64,000 nucleotides of DNA from Eledone cirrhosa (taxonomy: Eukaryota): contig OZ024744.1 in NCBI GenBank assembly GCA_964016885.1, positions 45,074,001 to 45,138,000 of the forward strand, read 5' to 3'. A program made the position numbers and the translations under genes. The notes under the pieces are model-generated. The model was not told the origin of the DNA. It was given only the letters and a program-made list of their open reading frames with translations, and ran no database searches. The number at the start of each line of letters is the position of its first letter. The stretch's first letter is position 1. This document shows, in pieces, positions 37,921-51,958 of this stretch.

Positions 37921-38436
37921 ATGTTGCCGCTTACTGAAATTGTACCAATGGGAGTTCAATCTATTCTCCCTACTTATACGGGTGACGTGAAATTATGGTT
38001 CGCTGAAATGGAAGCATTTTTCGAGGCTAACAATATCGCTGAGGCACAGCAACGTCCCCTCGTCCTTAGTGCCATTCCTCCGGCACTTCTCCCAATTATT
38101 AAGGATCTCGTATTGGAGACACTGACTGACACTACTTATAAGTCGTTGAAGGCGGAAATACTCAGCCGGACTGCACAGTCCGCCGAGGAACGCTTTAGAG
38201 CTCTGGTCCATTTAGAGCATATCGGGGATGGCACTCCATCGGACCTCTTACGTCCGATGAAAGACCTAACAGAGGGGTCGGTAGCGGAAACCGCGATGTT
38301 GAAGGAGTTGTTTCTCTCGCGGCTACCGACCAACGTTCAAGCAATTTTGGCCCCCATTAGGGATACATGTTCTGTGGACCAACTGGCCCTCTCTGCGGCC
38401 AAGGTTTTTGAGGTCACGGGTGCTGGAGGCAGCTAG
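37921..38436 (+). pseudogene. gag: Gypsy gag (premature stop)
   Basis: LWFAEMEAFF...YKSLKAEIL...IGDGTPSDLLR...LFLSRLP. Confidence 0.85.
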
Positions 38437-38779
38437 GCCCTTGCTACTGTTTCTCCCCCCAGCTCAGGCCACACCTGGCCATGCCACCTGCGCGGCATCT
38501 CATGCAGACAGCGCAGCTATGATGGCTATGCAAAAAGCTACTCAAGAACTCACACTGGAGCTACAGAAGCTGTAGGCCTCTGGTAATGTTCGTTCACGCT
38601 CACGCAGCCGCGGTAGATCTACCTCTTTCAGACACCGCCCCAGGTCACCAGCTTCATATTTATGCTGGCACCACGAGCCTTTTGCTGAGAACGCGAACCA
38701 CTGTGTACAGCCTTGTTCTTTTGTGAAGTCGGGAAACGACAGAGAGTTTCGCTGAGGGCGGCAGTCGACCTCAGCGTAA

Positions 38780-41700
38780 AGCACCCAAACCGCCACTTCT
38801 TCATCAAGGACCTCCTGTCTGAAAGAGCCTTCCTCGTGGATACAGGAGCCTCTGTCGTATTTGGCCGGTCCATGGCCTAAAGGATAGCCCCGCGGAGTCA
38901 TCCGTTACTCTGCAGGCCGTTAACTACTCGCCTATAAAGACGTACAGACAAATCTCGCTTCCCCTCAAATTCCAAAATCTTCGTAAGGATTTTAAATGGA
39001 TTTTTACGGTCGCTGACTTGCCATACCCAATCTTTGGAGCAGATTTCCTCCACAATTTCTCCTTGACTGTGGATGTCCGAGGCCAACGTCTAGTTGATGA
39101 CATCACAGGTTTCTCAATTCGGGGCCGAAGAGGCGGTGCTTCAACAGTTAACCCAACCTACTTCATCGCTGCCGCTGGAAACGCCTACCATTCGTTGTTA
39201 GAATCGTTCCCGGAGCTCATCAATGGAAATGTTCGAGTTACCGAGCCAACTCACTCAACCGAACATTTTATTTCCACAACCAGTGCTCCAGTATTTTCAC
39301 GTCCACGTCGTTTACCGGCGGACAAGTTAAAGGCAGCACGGTCCGAGTTCGACCATATGCCGCAGCTGGGCATTATTCACCCATCTGCAAGTCCTTGGGC
39401 TTCCCCGTTACATATGGTGCCCAAGACTTCTGGCGAATGGAGACCCATTGGGGATTATAGGAGATCAAACGCGATGACAGTCCCGGATAGATATCCTATT
39501 GCCCACCTCCATGATTTTGCAGGGTTGTAAGATTTTCTCCAAACTCGATTTAGTGCGAGCTTACCACCAAATACCAGTCAGGAAGTAAGACATCCCGAAA
39601 ACAGCTATTACGACTCCTTTCAGATCCTTCGAGTTTTTAAACATGCCTTTCGGACTCAGAAATGCCGCTAGCACTTTTCAGCGGTATCATAGACGAGGTC
39701 ACTCGTGGGTTGGAGTTCGTTTATGCATATATAGATGATCTTCTCGTCGTTAGTTCCTCTCCAGAAGAGCATATGCGTCACATGAACCTTTTATTTTGCC
39801 GACTCCAGAATTACCGCGTTCGAGTGAATCCCGCAAAGTGTGTTTTCGGATCCGCTTCACTGATTTTTTTAGGTGACATCATCGACGCCGAGGGTATTCG
39901 ACCCCTTCCACAGCGAGTTAAGGCTATACAGGATTTACCTCTGCCTACCTCACTTCGCCAGTTGCGACACTTCCTAAGCCTAGTCATTTTTTATAGACGT
40001 TTCGTTCTTCAATGTGCAAAATTACTGTTTTCCCTTACCGAGATTTTGAAAGATCGTCGTAAGAAGAATGATATTTCCTTGACACAAGCACAACTCGAAG
40101 ATTTCCAGACTGCCAAGACAACACTTGCTAATTCATCTTTGCTAGCCCACCCAGTACCCGATGCCAAGCTTTCGCTTTGTGTCGATGCATCTGATACCGC
40201 TGTGGGAGCAGTTTTACAACAGTATAACGCTGAACACAAACAACTTTTGGCATTTTTCTCCAGGAAGCTGAAACCGGCAGAAACCCGTTACAACACGTTT
40301 GGTCGGGAGTTATTAGCCATATATCTGTCTCATATTGTTGAGGGAAGAAATTTTACGGTTTTCATTGACCACAAACCTCTGACCTTCATTTTGAGGGCTA
40401 AAGCCGACAGATATTCGCCCAGAGAGACAAGGGACCTTTATTACATTTCGCAGTTTACCAATGATATCCAGCACATTTCAGGCTCACTAAATACAGCTGC
40501 AGACGCCTTGTCACGCTTGCCAATCAGCTCGATTTCGTCATCCCAGGAGATAGATTTAAGTCGTTTGGCAGCAGACCAACCTGCACTCGAATCGTTGGAT
40601 ACTTCATCAGCCGAATTTGCGACTTGCAACCTGAAATATCTGCCCTTGTCGACTACCGACAGGCAGATTCTCTGCGATGTATCTACGGATTCACCACGAC
40701 CTTATGTTCCCGAGACTCACCGTCGAATTGTGTTCCTTGCTTTGCACAGCATTTCTTACCCAGGATCTTCAGCCACAGTAAAGCTCATAACGGCTAGATT
40801 TTTCTGGCGAAATTATTGCTTGGTGCCGTTCCTGCATACAGTTTTAAAAAATCTAAAGTCCACAGACACATCCGGACTCCACTTGGTACTTTCAGTACTC
40901 CGGATGCTCGTTTTCGACACATCCATATCGATATCGTTGGACCTTGGCCAGTCAGTAGTGGATATTCTTACCTTTTGACCTGCATTGATCGTTTTTCGCG
41001 ATGGCCTGAAGCCATCTCCTTAAAGAACATTACCGCCGACACAATAGCGCGTGCCCACACGTGGATTGCCCGCTATGACGTGCCAACCACAATTACTACA
41101 GACCGTGGTAGGCAATTTGAATTACATCTTTTCTCGGAGTTAACAAAAATTATTGGCACTCAACGCATTCGGACCACATCTTATCCTGCTTCAAACGGAA
41201 TTGTGGAGCGTTTTCACCGCCAATTAAAGGCCGTTCTTCGTGCCTATCCAGACTCTCTACGTTGGAGCGAGTACCTTCCTATTGTGTTGTTAGGAATTCG
41301 GTCTTCAATAAAGGAGGACCTTGGGTTCTCCCCGGCTGAATTATTGTATGGTGCCCTTCTAGCGTTGCATGGGTAAATGCTTGCACCTGTCGATCTTACT
41401 AATCAAGTTCTCCTTTCCTACATATCTCGTTTGCGCTCATATTTTCAGGACTTACCGCCTATGGATACCAGGAAACAAACTATTAAAATTGCAGTCCCGA
41501 GGGATATTGCCTCGTGGACACATGTCTTTGTCAGAGACGACGCTGTTAGACCACCTCTCACAGAACCGTACTCTGGACCCTACCATGTGTTAGCACGTGC
41601 TGACAAACATTTTACGGTAGACATTAAGGGATCCAGAGAGACAATTTGGGTTGACAGACTGAAAAGGGCATTCACAGACGCTCATACGCCTGAGCCACTA

Positions 41701-41832
41701 ATACTCCCATCTCTCTCTATTGTACATACACCTGCTCCTTCTGTCCCACCTTCACCTACATACAAGACCACGACCCGTTCTGGTCGAAGAGTCCACTGGC
41801 CCAAAAGACTTTGTCAAACAGTTTTCATCTGA
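38780..41832 (+). pseudogene. pol: Gypsy pol (PR-RT-RNaseH-IN), frameshifted
   Basis: [70 protein letters not shown]. Confidence 0.93.
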
Positions 41833-42929
41833 ACTGGCCACTATGGAGCCTTTTTTGTATTGTGTATTACATGCTTTTCTTTATCTTGTTCCTAAACAGT
41901 TGAAAGTCTTCTTTAACTATAGAGTGTCTTTTTTGTGTATTGTATATGCATATACCTTTTTCATACCTTTGCCTTGATCCCATTCTTGCGGGTTCGCTAC
42001 AATTACCTTCGGGTTGTTCGCCTATCGTCTGGAGGAACGTATTGTAGTGACCCCTTGGAGTGAGAAGGAGAGTTAATGAGAGTTACGTCCCATGGAGACT
42101 ATAAATTGAGAAACTGAAAGTACCCATTCTCTTACAAAGCTAGTCGTCCAGGAGTTAAGATGTAATTTTGCCTTCTCCCACTTTTCATTTTTACCACACC
42201 ATGTGGAGTGAACATATTAAGAGCAACTCTCTCTCAGGCGACTTCAACTTCGGAACAGAAAACCAATGACACCATATGGAGACTAACTTATTCTCTCACC
42301 TCGTCGCCAATTCTACAACTAATAATTGTTTCTACTTTTGGCACATTCTACAACAAATAATACCAATTATACATATTATATTATTTCAAAAGATATGTCT
42401 TATTTCCAAGTTGTAACACGCACTCATAGCAATAAAGATGAGACAATTATAGACACAATAAATATCAGACACATTTATTTTTAACCATAAGAAGTATGTG
42501 TTGTTCGATGTAAAAACGGTAAAATGTTATGGCATATGAAAGGTAAATGAGTGTAAAAGTGTGAGGTTGACGCGGTGGAGCTCCAAACGCGAACTATGCC
42601 ACAAGGAAGTCAGCAGCCCAAAAGTGAGTCACATGGAATTTATGACAATAATGTAGGATGTTTGGCAATTCAGGGACTGAAGTCGTTGCGGGATGACGGA
42701 GATAATGTATGACGACTTTGAGTGAAAGGTACAAATGAGGCGGGTGCCATACGTTTGCTACAGTAGAAACATGTAAATTTTTCGTTATGCATTGCGTATA
42801 TGTAGGTATTCTAATGATTTATGTAGTTTGAAATGCTTACCATTCTGTATGGTTGTGGCAGCCAATAGAAACTGTGACGTTGCTTTCCTTAGACTGATTG
42901 CAGTGACATAGACCAAACATTAAGGACGC

Positions 42930-43460
42930 TCAAAATTCCTCAACACAAATTCTGCACCAACCTCGATTGCAAAAGTAACAGAGAATAACGAATAGCGATT
43001 ATTACGCCAAAAGAAAAATGCTGAAGCAACTTCTATTGCACGAGATGCAGAAAACGACACACAACGTTCGATGCGACAACAAATAAATGCTGAGGCAACT
43101 GCTGCTGCTTGAGGTGTAGAAAACGAATCTCAACCCTCACTGCGACAGAAAGCAAATATTGAGGCAACGTCTATTGCAGGAGATGCAGAGAACGAACCAC
43201 AGCATTCATTACGGTGGCATAGAAATGCTGAGGCAACTTCCGCAGCTCGAGCTGCATCAACCGAAACACAGCGTCAACTGCGGCAGCGAAGAACTGTGAG
43301 TCAACGTCTGCTGTTTGAGCTGTATCAACTGAAACACGGCGTCAACTGCGGCAACAAAGATATGTGAATCAACGTCTGCTGCACGCGCTGGCGAATCCAT
43401 GGAAAACTGGCTCAACCAACCAGAGGGGAACGTGCATTTAAATACCGTGCAGCTAAAAGT
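42930..43460 (+). pseudogene. Helitron-type N-terminal 66-bp/22-aa repeat region (different family, opposite strand)
   Basis: Repeats such as RQKKNAEATSIARDAENDTQ, followed by RAFKY; analogous to the repeats at 7400-7620. Confidence 0.55.
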
Positions 43461-43599
43461 GGTCACAACGTTTACAGTCGAAAAGTATGGTGTTATGAAT
43501 TTCAAAAAGGCAGTATGTCTACAATTTGGTAATTATTGAAAGCAGCGAGGTATTTGATTGTTAGAAGACGGTTTGTGTCGCAGTGTTGATTACAGAACT

Positions 43600-45390
43600 T
43601 AATGTTTTTGGTTTTACTGTTTGGAGCAAATGCATAAAGGTTTCTTTTGCTTCCCACTCTCGAACATCCAACGTATAGCTGACCGTGTGAAAAGCATGGC
43701 TCTTCTAGGTTTATTCCCGCGACGGACAATGTTTGCCCCTGAGACTTATTTATCGTCATTGCGAAACTAAAACGAACTGGAAACTGGAGCCTCCTAAATG
43801 AAAAGAGGATCTCTGATGTTGACGGACAAAGGGGAATCCTTGGGATAAAAACATGTTCCCCCTTCCCACACCCCGAGAGAATCGTCGCCCCGATCAAGTT
43901 TTGCGTTAGTTTATTTACTGTAAGGCGGGTGCCGTTGCAGAGTTTTGGTGGGTGTAGATTCCTCAAAAGCATAATTGGGCATCCTTGCTTAAGTTCCAAT
44001 CGATGAGATGGCAACCCGGAGGGGTTCAATGAGTTAAGAAACTCAATTGGGTAGTTAATGGGGTCTGTGACTGTATCGATGGACTTGTATGTACACGAAG
44101 CTGTAGGAAGAGACTTAAGCAGTTGTCCGTTGATGTTGTCGACAGTCTCATTTTTCGGAGCCAGTATTGCCCTTTCGCACAGCCAGTTTGGATTTTGGTA
44201 GTTAGTGCTCAACTCAGGGAATACTGCACCTGTCAAGTCGTCAGCACTCTCAACTAAAGTGCAGACCGGTTCGAGGGAGATTTTTTCATCTTCATCAAGT
44301 GGCACTTTGCCGTTCTCAAGTGTCAATAGGTTAGTAGTAAAATCTGATGACACTTGGTCACCAAGCATCCGAGCTCTCATGTTCGTAGAGAGCGTTAATG
44401 TTGTGACATAACGCCAAATCAGAGATGACTTTAAGCATGCTCGAATAGCATCAGCCATTGTTCCTTTGGGAATAACAAGGAGGGTTTGTCTAAAATCTCC
44501 GGATAAAAGGACAATCACGCTTCCCATGGGATCCTGGGAGTCTCTTATGTCTCTTAAAGTCCGGTCCAGTGCCTCCAAAGCTCGTTTATGAGCCATGGTA
44601 CATTCGTCCCTAACTATAAGTTCACACCTTTTTAAGCAGTTCTGCCTTTCTGATCCTTTGGTAATATTACAGCAGGGTGTGTCATTTGCTGTCATATTGA
44701 GGGGAGTTTGAAGGCTGAATGTGGTGTCCTGCCCCCAGGAAGCAAGCTTGCTGCAATACCGGAAGACGCAACAGCAAGTGCTATGTGTCTGTGTTGTCGA
44801 ACCTTGGCAAGGAGAAGCCGTATGACAAAAGTCTTCCCTGTGCTTCCAGGGGCGTCCAAGAAAAAGATTCCTCCCGTACAATGGTGGACACAGTCAGCAA
44901 TAGTGTTATATGCTCGTTCCTGTTCCTGCAGCAGCATTGGTTCATGCTCAGTGACATATGTAGCCAATCTGTCAGTGTCGTAGGATCATTCCCGAAGTAT
45001 TTCTGCGAAAATGACGTCGGAGCCTGTTCTGTTGGTTTGGGGCAGGCTATATGCCTGCAGTGCATTCCCACCCATTGCAGCAATCATATTTTCAATTTCA
45101 ATAAGTGCTTTGTTGTAGATTTCATCTGTGAAGCCTACTTCTATGCCAGGAAGTTGTAATTGTGATTGATGTCTGAAGTCCTCAGAGAGGTCATCTCTGT
45201 ACTTGAGCCACAAGAAGGAAGGATCGGGCAATTCACAAATCTACAGTAAGACAGCAAAAAGCTTCCTAAGCCTGTGTGGCATTTGTGAAACAACTGCTTC
45301 TGCCAAAATGGCATCCCACTGAGCACCATCTTCCAGTAGTCCACGCCTAAGGCAGGCCTCTCTGTACGTGTCGTCGCAAATTTGGCCATC
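43600..45390 (-). pseudogene. Helitron Pif1 helicase
   Basis: FLDAPGSTGKTF (Walker A), DECTM, SGDFRQ, RAILAPKN, FAMTINKSQGQT, HGQLYVGCSRV; frameshifted. Confidence 0.93.
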
Positions 45391-45635
45391 AACAGTTCTC
45401 AGACATATCTGATTGATTTAATAGAGTTGCACCATTCAACATTTATGTGGGAGTTGAACGCCTTGAGTAGTAATAGGCAGTACGGTACAATCTATCGGTT
45501 GTCAATTTCATGTTTTCCAACCAGTGCTGTTAATCCTCCGTCCTCAGGGCTCCTTCGTCTGTATGATGGGTATCCGTCATCAGCAGTTGGAGTTTCGCGA
45601 AGGAAGGCTTTTGGGTATTTTTTTGAGCAAATACC

Positions 45636-47557
45636 TGTAGCAGTTGCCTCCCTTGTTGTGACTCACAACCCCAATAGATTAACAACATCTAGACGGGAAG
45701 TAGAACCCTTTCTGTAACTTCCAGTCAGAACCCTATAAAACTAACAACTTTAAGTTCTCACTCTCTCATATGCCCTTCCGGCGCCTGGCCTTGGCCAGGC
45801 GTCTTCTGCCAGCCTGCGTTTGCCTGGCAATCAAAACGGTAACTACTAACTTTGCTTCATTCTTTCGTTTATTCATTGACATGTCAACTATACTGTTAAA
45901 TTGTTGATTAAATATTATACACACAAACCATGTCTCCTTGTTACATTTCATACTACACACTAATTCACTGCTATATTGGTGACCCTGACGTGATACGAAC
46001 ACGCAGCCGTTCATTGTTATAAGTAGTCACCCCGAAAAAAGAAAAAAATAGCAGAATCTGGTGTCGTGTAAGTAACATTAAGAATACACAGCAAATTTAT
46101 TGACAAACTATGAAAATACTCAGTCAAAGAAACGCACACACGCACATGCGAAACTTTCGTGCAGACAGACTTTTTCTCTCACACATCAACTAACTGTCGC
46201 ATTTCACGATATATACATATGTTTCTCCAAGAAACGAACACACCACGCACATGTGAAATTCGCGTTCAGACAGACTTTTTCTCTCACGCATCAACTAACT
46301 GTCGCATTTCACGATATATATATGTTTCTCGTTTCCTACAACGAACACTTTCAAAGAAAAAAAAAAAAAAGAAATTTGATATTTTTTTTTTTTTTGAGAA
46401 CATTTCAACAGGAACATTTATTTTCGATGAACCATTGCTTTTTTTTTTTCATCGTTTTCTTCATCGTTCAAGTTTTTTTTCAAAATTCACACCAATAATT
46501 ATGCTGATTGAAGCCTTTCTTTTTCATCATTGTCACTTTCACACTTGCACTATAATTTTCTCGCGCGGTAGAAATATTATTTTTTCAACCTAACTTAACC
46601 TTGTATTGGCACGTGTAGGCAGCACAAATTCTCAACTCACAGAGATATCTCGACTCACAGAGATAGCCGCACGCCAGAGATAACGTTTCTCGCCAAGGAT
46701 TCTTCAGCCTTAAGCTATATTCTCCTATTTGCCGGTTTAAAATTTTACCACGTAAATTTGCCGTTGAAATCTGCGCATTTATTCAGAATGCTTATTTCTT
46801 TGGTCGCTGGCCTCTTGACCCTTCCAGGTCAACGCATTCTCAACATCGACCATCAACTTCGGCTGTTATTTCTAGCACTTTGCGCAACTCATTTTTTCCG
46901 ATAAAATTTTTTTTTTACTGTGAAGTTAAACACCGAATACGCTCACTCCGCGAGACAACAACATCAACAACAACACAGCTTCAACAACCACCAAAACCAG
47001 CAGAACAAGCCAGAGAATTTATTTTTGCAGCACTCTTTCTGTGAGAAAATCCATTCGGAGGTTGGAAATTTCACGATATACCACAGAACAGAAACCACTT
47101 GCATTCATTCTCTGGAACACACTTTCTTTCCTGCTGTCATGTGATTGTACACCTGTGAACTATATTTTGTACATTTGAACTTTGAGCTCTTCTCTTACTT
47201 TATTACATTGTATCTTTGGGTGATGGATAGATAGATGTCCAGTCGTTCTCTGGCCAAGAGCGGTTGGCTACCTTGACATCTATCATTGATTTTTGCAAAC
47301 ATTCTTTTGTCGTAATTTTCATGCTTGTTACAACATTCTCGCCAACTTGCTACATATTTCATTCGATTTTTATATTCTAAAATTCTGGCGGGAGGTTATG
47401 TAGCAGTTGCCTCCCTTGTTGTGACTCACAACCCCAATAGATTAACAACATCAAGACGGGAAGTAAAACCCTTTCTGTAACTTCCGGTCAGAACCCTATA
47501 AAACTAACAACTTTAAGTTCTCACTCTCTCATTTGCCCTTCCTGCAGTTCTCCGCTA
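45636..47557 (+). mobile_element. Non-autonomous LTR retroelement (TRIM/LARD-like) inserted in Helitron Rep
   Basis: LTRs start TGTAGCAGTTGCCTCCC (45636-45975; 47399-47557, internally deleted); PBS TGGTGACCCTGACGTGAT at 45977; PPT CTGGCGGGAGG; TSD ATACC; non-coding interior. Confidence 0.88.
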
Positions 47558-47562
47558 ATACC

Positions 47563-48200
47563 GTTGTTCAAACACGGGGAGTTAGATTTGAAGCCACATC
47601 CACAAGGAGCGTGAACCATGTGCGCCGTAACCCTGTCGAATAGGGTTTGTCAGTTTGCGGGTTTAGAAGGTCTGCGGATATAATCTTGTCGATGTCGTCT
47701 GCTCTGATTTTTGTCGACAACCAAATAAGAATGTAAGCAAGGGGGAGTCCCCGCTTCTCCCATTCAATTGTGTACATGTAACATTGCACACGCCCTTTGT
47801 GATAAGGTCCATTAATTTGTATACTTTTAGCTCGAAGACTCTGGATGAGAGGTCATGGCGACCACTGGGATGTTGTCCTGGAAGGAGTTCATGGGCAATT
47901 TCTTGCCACGAAGGATTGCATGTAAAAGTAATAAATAGGTCTAGGTTGCCGTACTCGCGCACATACGTCATCGCGTCCTGAGTTCTTGAATGCACACAAC
48001 GGGGACTTCCTTCGAAGGTTGAAGGTAAAATGCAAACTTTTCCAATGTTATCTGGGTTTTCATTATTGTTCATTTCATCACGTAGGTGAATGTAATCGTC
48101 GCAGCGTAGTTTTGTCTGGTTTAATCTTATGAGGCACAGTCGTTCAGTCTCCATTTTAGGGGCCATGTCTACAGCAAATTGGTTGAATAATTGTCGTGAA
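47563..48200 (-). pseudogene. Helitron Rep (HUH) domain, continuing at 45480-45635
   Basis: ILPSTFEGSPR, DAMTYVREYG.LDLFITFTCNP.W, IEWEKRGLP, and GICSKKYPK...DDGYPSYRRR on the far side of the LTR insertion. Confidence 0.92.
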
Positions 48201-48709
48201 CGATCACACACACACTCACGCACGCAAACGCTCAGACGCACGCAAACTCACGCACGTGTGCACGTACACACACATGTTAATAGATTTAACTCTTACTGGA
48301 ACGCTGCACGAACTCACACACACGCGCACACATGTTAATTAGTTATAGCTTTCCTTCCCCTCTTCCACTGTCATGTATCAAACACAGCGTCTGTCGCTCT
48401 CTCTCCCGCCATCCCCCTCTTGTAGTGTGTCTGTTTCTTTCACACTCACTCTTTCTTTTTCATTTTTATAGATATAGAGATTTTTTTCTGTGCAAAGTCG
48501 TACCTATATTCAGTTTTATGGTTTTTTACCAAGACAAAGGAGGAGCCGATCATTCGCAATGGCGTGCCGGCCTGCCCTGATGAATTTGTGGTTGATTACA
48601 AAAATAAGTTTGAAAATCTACCATGCGTATCAAATGTTGTTGCGGAACAGACACACACGCACACACACACAGACAGACAGACAGATATTTTCATTTTTAT
48701 ATATATAGA

Positions 48710-51700
48710 TGGTGTGGTATATTGTAGTGTGGTGTTGTATATTGCAGCGTGCTGTGGTGTATTATATTGTGGTATGGTATATTATAGTGAGGTGTGGTAT
48801 ATTGTAGTGTGGTATATTGTCATGTGTTGTGGTATACTGTAGTGTAGTGTGGTATACTGCTGTTTGCCGTGTTATGCTGAAGTTGGATGCGGCATATTGT
48901 AGTGTGGTATGATATTGTGTAGTATGGTGTGGTATATTGTAGTATTGTGTAGTGTGGTGTGGTATATTGTAGTGTGGTGTGCTATACTGCAGTGTGGTGT
49001 GGGATATTGTAGTTTGGTATGGTATATGGTAGTGTAGTGTGGAATACTGTTGTGTGGTGTGGTATATCGTAGTGCATTGTGGTATACTATCGTGTGGCGG
49101 GGTATATAGTACAGAGCTGTGGTCTGGTATATTGTAGTGTGGTGTGGTATATTGTAGTGTGGTGTGATATATTGTAGTGTGGTGTGATATATTGTAGTGT
49201 GGTGTGGTATGTTGTAGTGTGGTGTGGTATATAGTAGTGTGTTTTGCCATATGTTAATGTAATGAATGTTGTAGCGTGGTGTGCTATAGTGTAGTGTGGT
49301 GCGGTATATTGTAGTGTGGTATGGTATATTGTAGTGTAGTGTGATATATTGTAGTGTGGTCTGGTATATTGTAATATGGTGTGGTATATTTTAGTGTGGT
49401 GTGGTATATTGTAGTGTAGTGTGATATATTGTAGTGTGGTGTGGTATAGTGTAGAGTGGAGTGATATATTGTAGTGTGGTGTAGTATATTTTAGTGTAGT
49501 TTGATATATTGTAGTGTGGAGTGGTATATTGTAGTCTGGTTTGGTATATTGTAGTGTGGTATGGTATAGTGTAGTGTGGTATGGTATATTGTAGTGTAGT
49601 GTGATATATTGTAGTGTGGGGTGGTATAGTGTAGTGTGGAGTGGTATATTATAGTGTGGTGTAGTATATTTTAGTGTAGTTTGATATATTGTAGTGTGGA
49701 GTGGTATATTGTAGTCTGGTTTGGTATATTGTAGTGTGGTATGGTATAGTGTAGTGTGGTGTGGTATATTGTAGTGTGGTGTGGTATATTGCAGTGTAGT
49801 TTGATATATTGTCGTGTGGTGTGGTATATTGTAGTGTGGTATATTGTAGTGTGGTGTGCTATAGTGTAGTGTGGTGTGGTATATTGTCGTGTGGAGTGGT
49901 ATATTGCAGTGTAGTTTGATATATTGTAGTGTGGTGTGGTATATTGTAGTGTGGAGTGATGTATTGTAGTGTGGTGTGATGTATTGTAGTGTGGTGTGGT
50001 ATATTGCAGTGTGTTGTGGTATATTGTAGTGTAGTGTGATATATTGTAGTGTGGTGTGGTATATTTTAGTGTGGTGTGGTATATTGTAGTGTGGAGTAGT
50101 ATATTGTAGTGTGGTGTGGTATATTCGAGTGTGGAGGGATATAGTGTAGTATGGTGTGGTATAGTGTAATGTGGTGTGGGATAGTGTAGTATGGTGTGGT
50201 ATATTGTAGTGTGGTGTGGTATATTGTAGTGTGGAGTGGTATAGTGTAGTGTGGTGTGGTATATTGTTGTGTGGTGTGGTATATTGTAGTTTAGTGTGAT
50301 ATATTGTAGTGTGGTGTGCTATATTGTAGTGTGGAGTGGTATATTGTAGTGTGGAGTGGTATATTGTAGTGTGGTGTGGTATATTGTAGTGTGGTGTGGT
50401 ATATTGTAGTGTGATATATTGCAGTATGAATTAGCATATTGTAGTGCGGTGTGGTATATTGTAGTATGATGTGATATATTGTAGTGTGGTGTGGTATATT
50501 GTAGTGTGATGTGGTATATTGTAACATGGAGTGGTATAGTGTAGAGTAATGTCGACATATTGCAGTGTGGTGTGATATATTGTAGTGTAGTGTGATATAT
50601 TGTAGTATGATGTGATATATTGTAGTGTGCTGTGATATATATTAGTGTGGTGTAGTATATTGTAGTGTGGTGTGGTATATTGTAGTGTGGCGTTGTATAG
50701 TGTAGTGTGGAGTTGTATATTGCAGTGTTATGAAATATATTGTAATGTTATGTGATATATTCTAATGTAGTGTGATATATTGTAGTGTGGTGTGATATAT
50801 TGTACTGTGGAGTGGTATATTGTATTATAGTGTGATATATTGTAGTGTTGTGTGGTATAGTGTAGTGTTGTGTGGTATATTGTAGTGTGATGTGGTATAT
50901 TGTAGTGTGGCGTTGTATAGTGTAGTGTGGAGTTGTATATTTCAGTGTTATGTAATATATTGTAATGTGCTGTGATATATTGTAATGCAGTGTGATATAT
51001 TGTAGTGTGGTGTGATATATTGTACTGTGGAGTGGTATATTGAGTGTACTGTGATATATTGTAGTGTAGAGTGGTATATTGTAGTATAGTGTTATATATT
51101 GTAGTGTGGTGTGGTATATTGTAGTGTGATGTGATATAGTGTAGTGTCATGTGATATATTATAGTGTGGTGTGGTATATTGTAGTGTGGAGTGGTATATT
51201 GTAGTGTAGAATGATATATTGTAGTGTGGTGTGGTATATTGAAGTGTGGTGTGGTATATTGTAGTGTGGAGTGGTATATTGTAGTGTAGTGTGATATTTT
51301 GTAGTGTGGTGTGGTATAATGTAGTGTGGAGTGGTATATTGTAGTGTGGTGTGGTATATTGTAGTGGGGAGTGGTATAGTGTAGTGTGGTGTGGTATATT
51401 GTAGTGTAGTGTGATGTAGTGTAGTGTGATATAGTGTAGTGTGATGTGATATATTGCAGTCTGGAGTGTTATAGTGTAGTGTGGAGTGGAATAGTATAGT
51501 ATGGTGTTATAGTGTAGTATGGTGTGAAATATTGTTGTGTGGTGTGGTATACTGTAGTTTGGTGTGGTATACTGTATTGCGGTGTGGTATACTGTAGTGT
51601 GATGTGATATAGTGTAGTGTAGTGTGGTATATTGTAGTGTGGTGTCGTATATTGTAATGTGGTGTGGTATATTGTAGTATGGTGTGATATAGTGTAGTTT

Positions 51701-51958
51701 GGTGTGATATATTGTAGTGTGGTGTGGTATACTGTAGTTTGGTGTGATATATTGTAGTGTGGTGTGATATATTGTAGTGTGGTGTGGTATAATGTAGTAT
51801 GGTGTGGTATAGTGTAGTGTGATTTGATATATTGTAGTGTGGTGTGATATATTGTAATGTGGTGTGGTATATTGTAGCATGGTGTGATATAGTGTAGTGT
51901 AGTGTGATATATGGTAGTGTCATGTGATATATTGTAGTGTGATGTGATATATTGTAGT
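48710..51958. repeat. 20-bp minisatellite ATTGTAGTGTGGTGTGGTAT (continuation)
   Basis: Same unit as 35770-37100. Confidence 0.95.

Larger units (their letters stand above)
37106..42457 (+). mobile_element. Gypsy LTR retrotransposon with two LTRs (37106-~37590; 42043-42457, truncated)
   Basis: Both LTRs start TGTAGTGACCCCTTGGAG; PBS TGGTGACCCAGACGTG at 37593 (tRNA-Trp-like); PPT CTGGAGGAACG before 42043. Confidence 0.93.
43595..48709 (-). mobile_element. Helitron family B, internally deleted, 3' end lost
   Basis: 5' A|TCTATATATATAAAAATG at 48709; Rep and helicase remnants. Confidence 0.88.

Noticed and set aside
43502-44881. Cellular PIF1 helicase gene
   Set aside because: Frameshifted and linked to Rep remnants and a Helitron terminus
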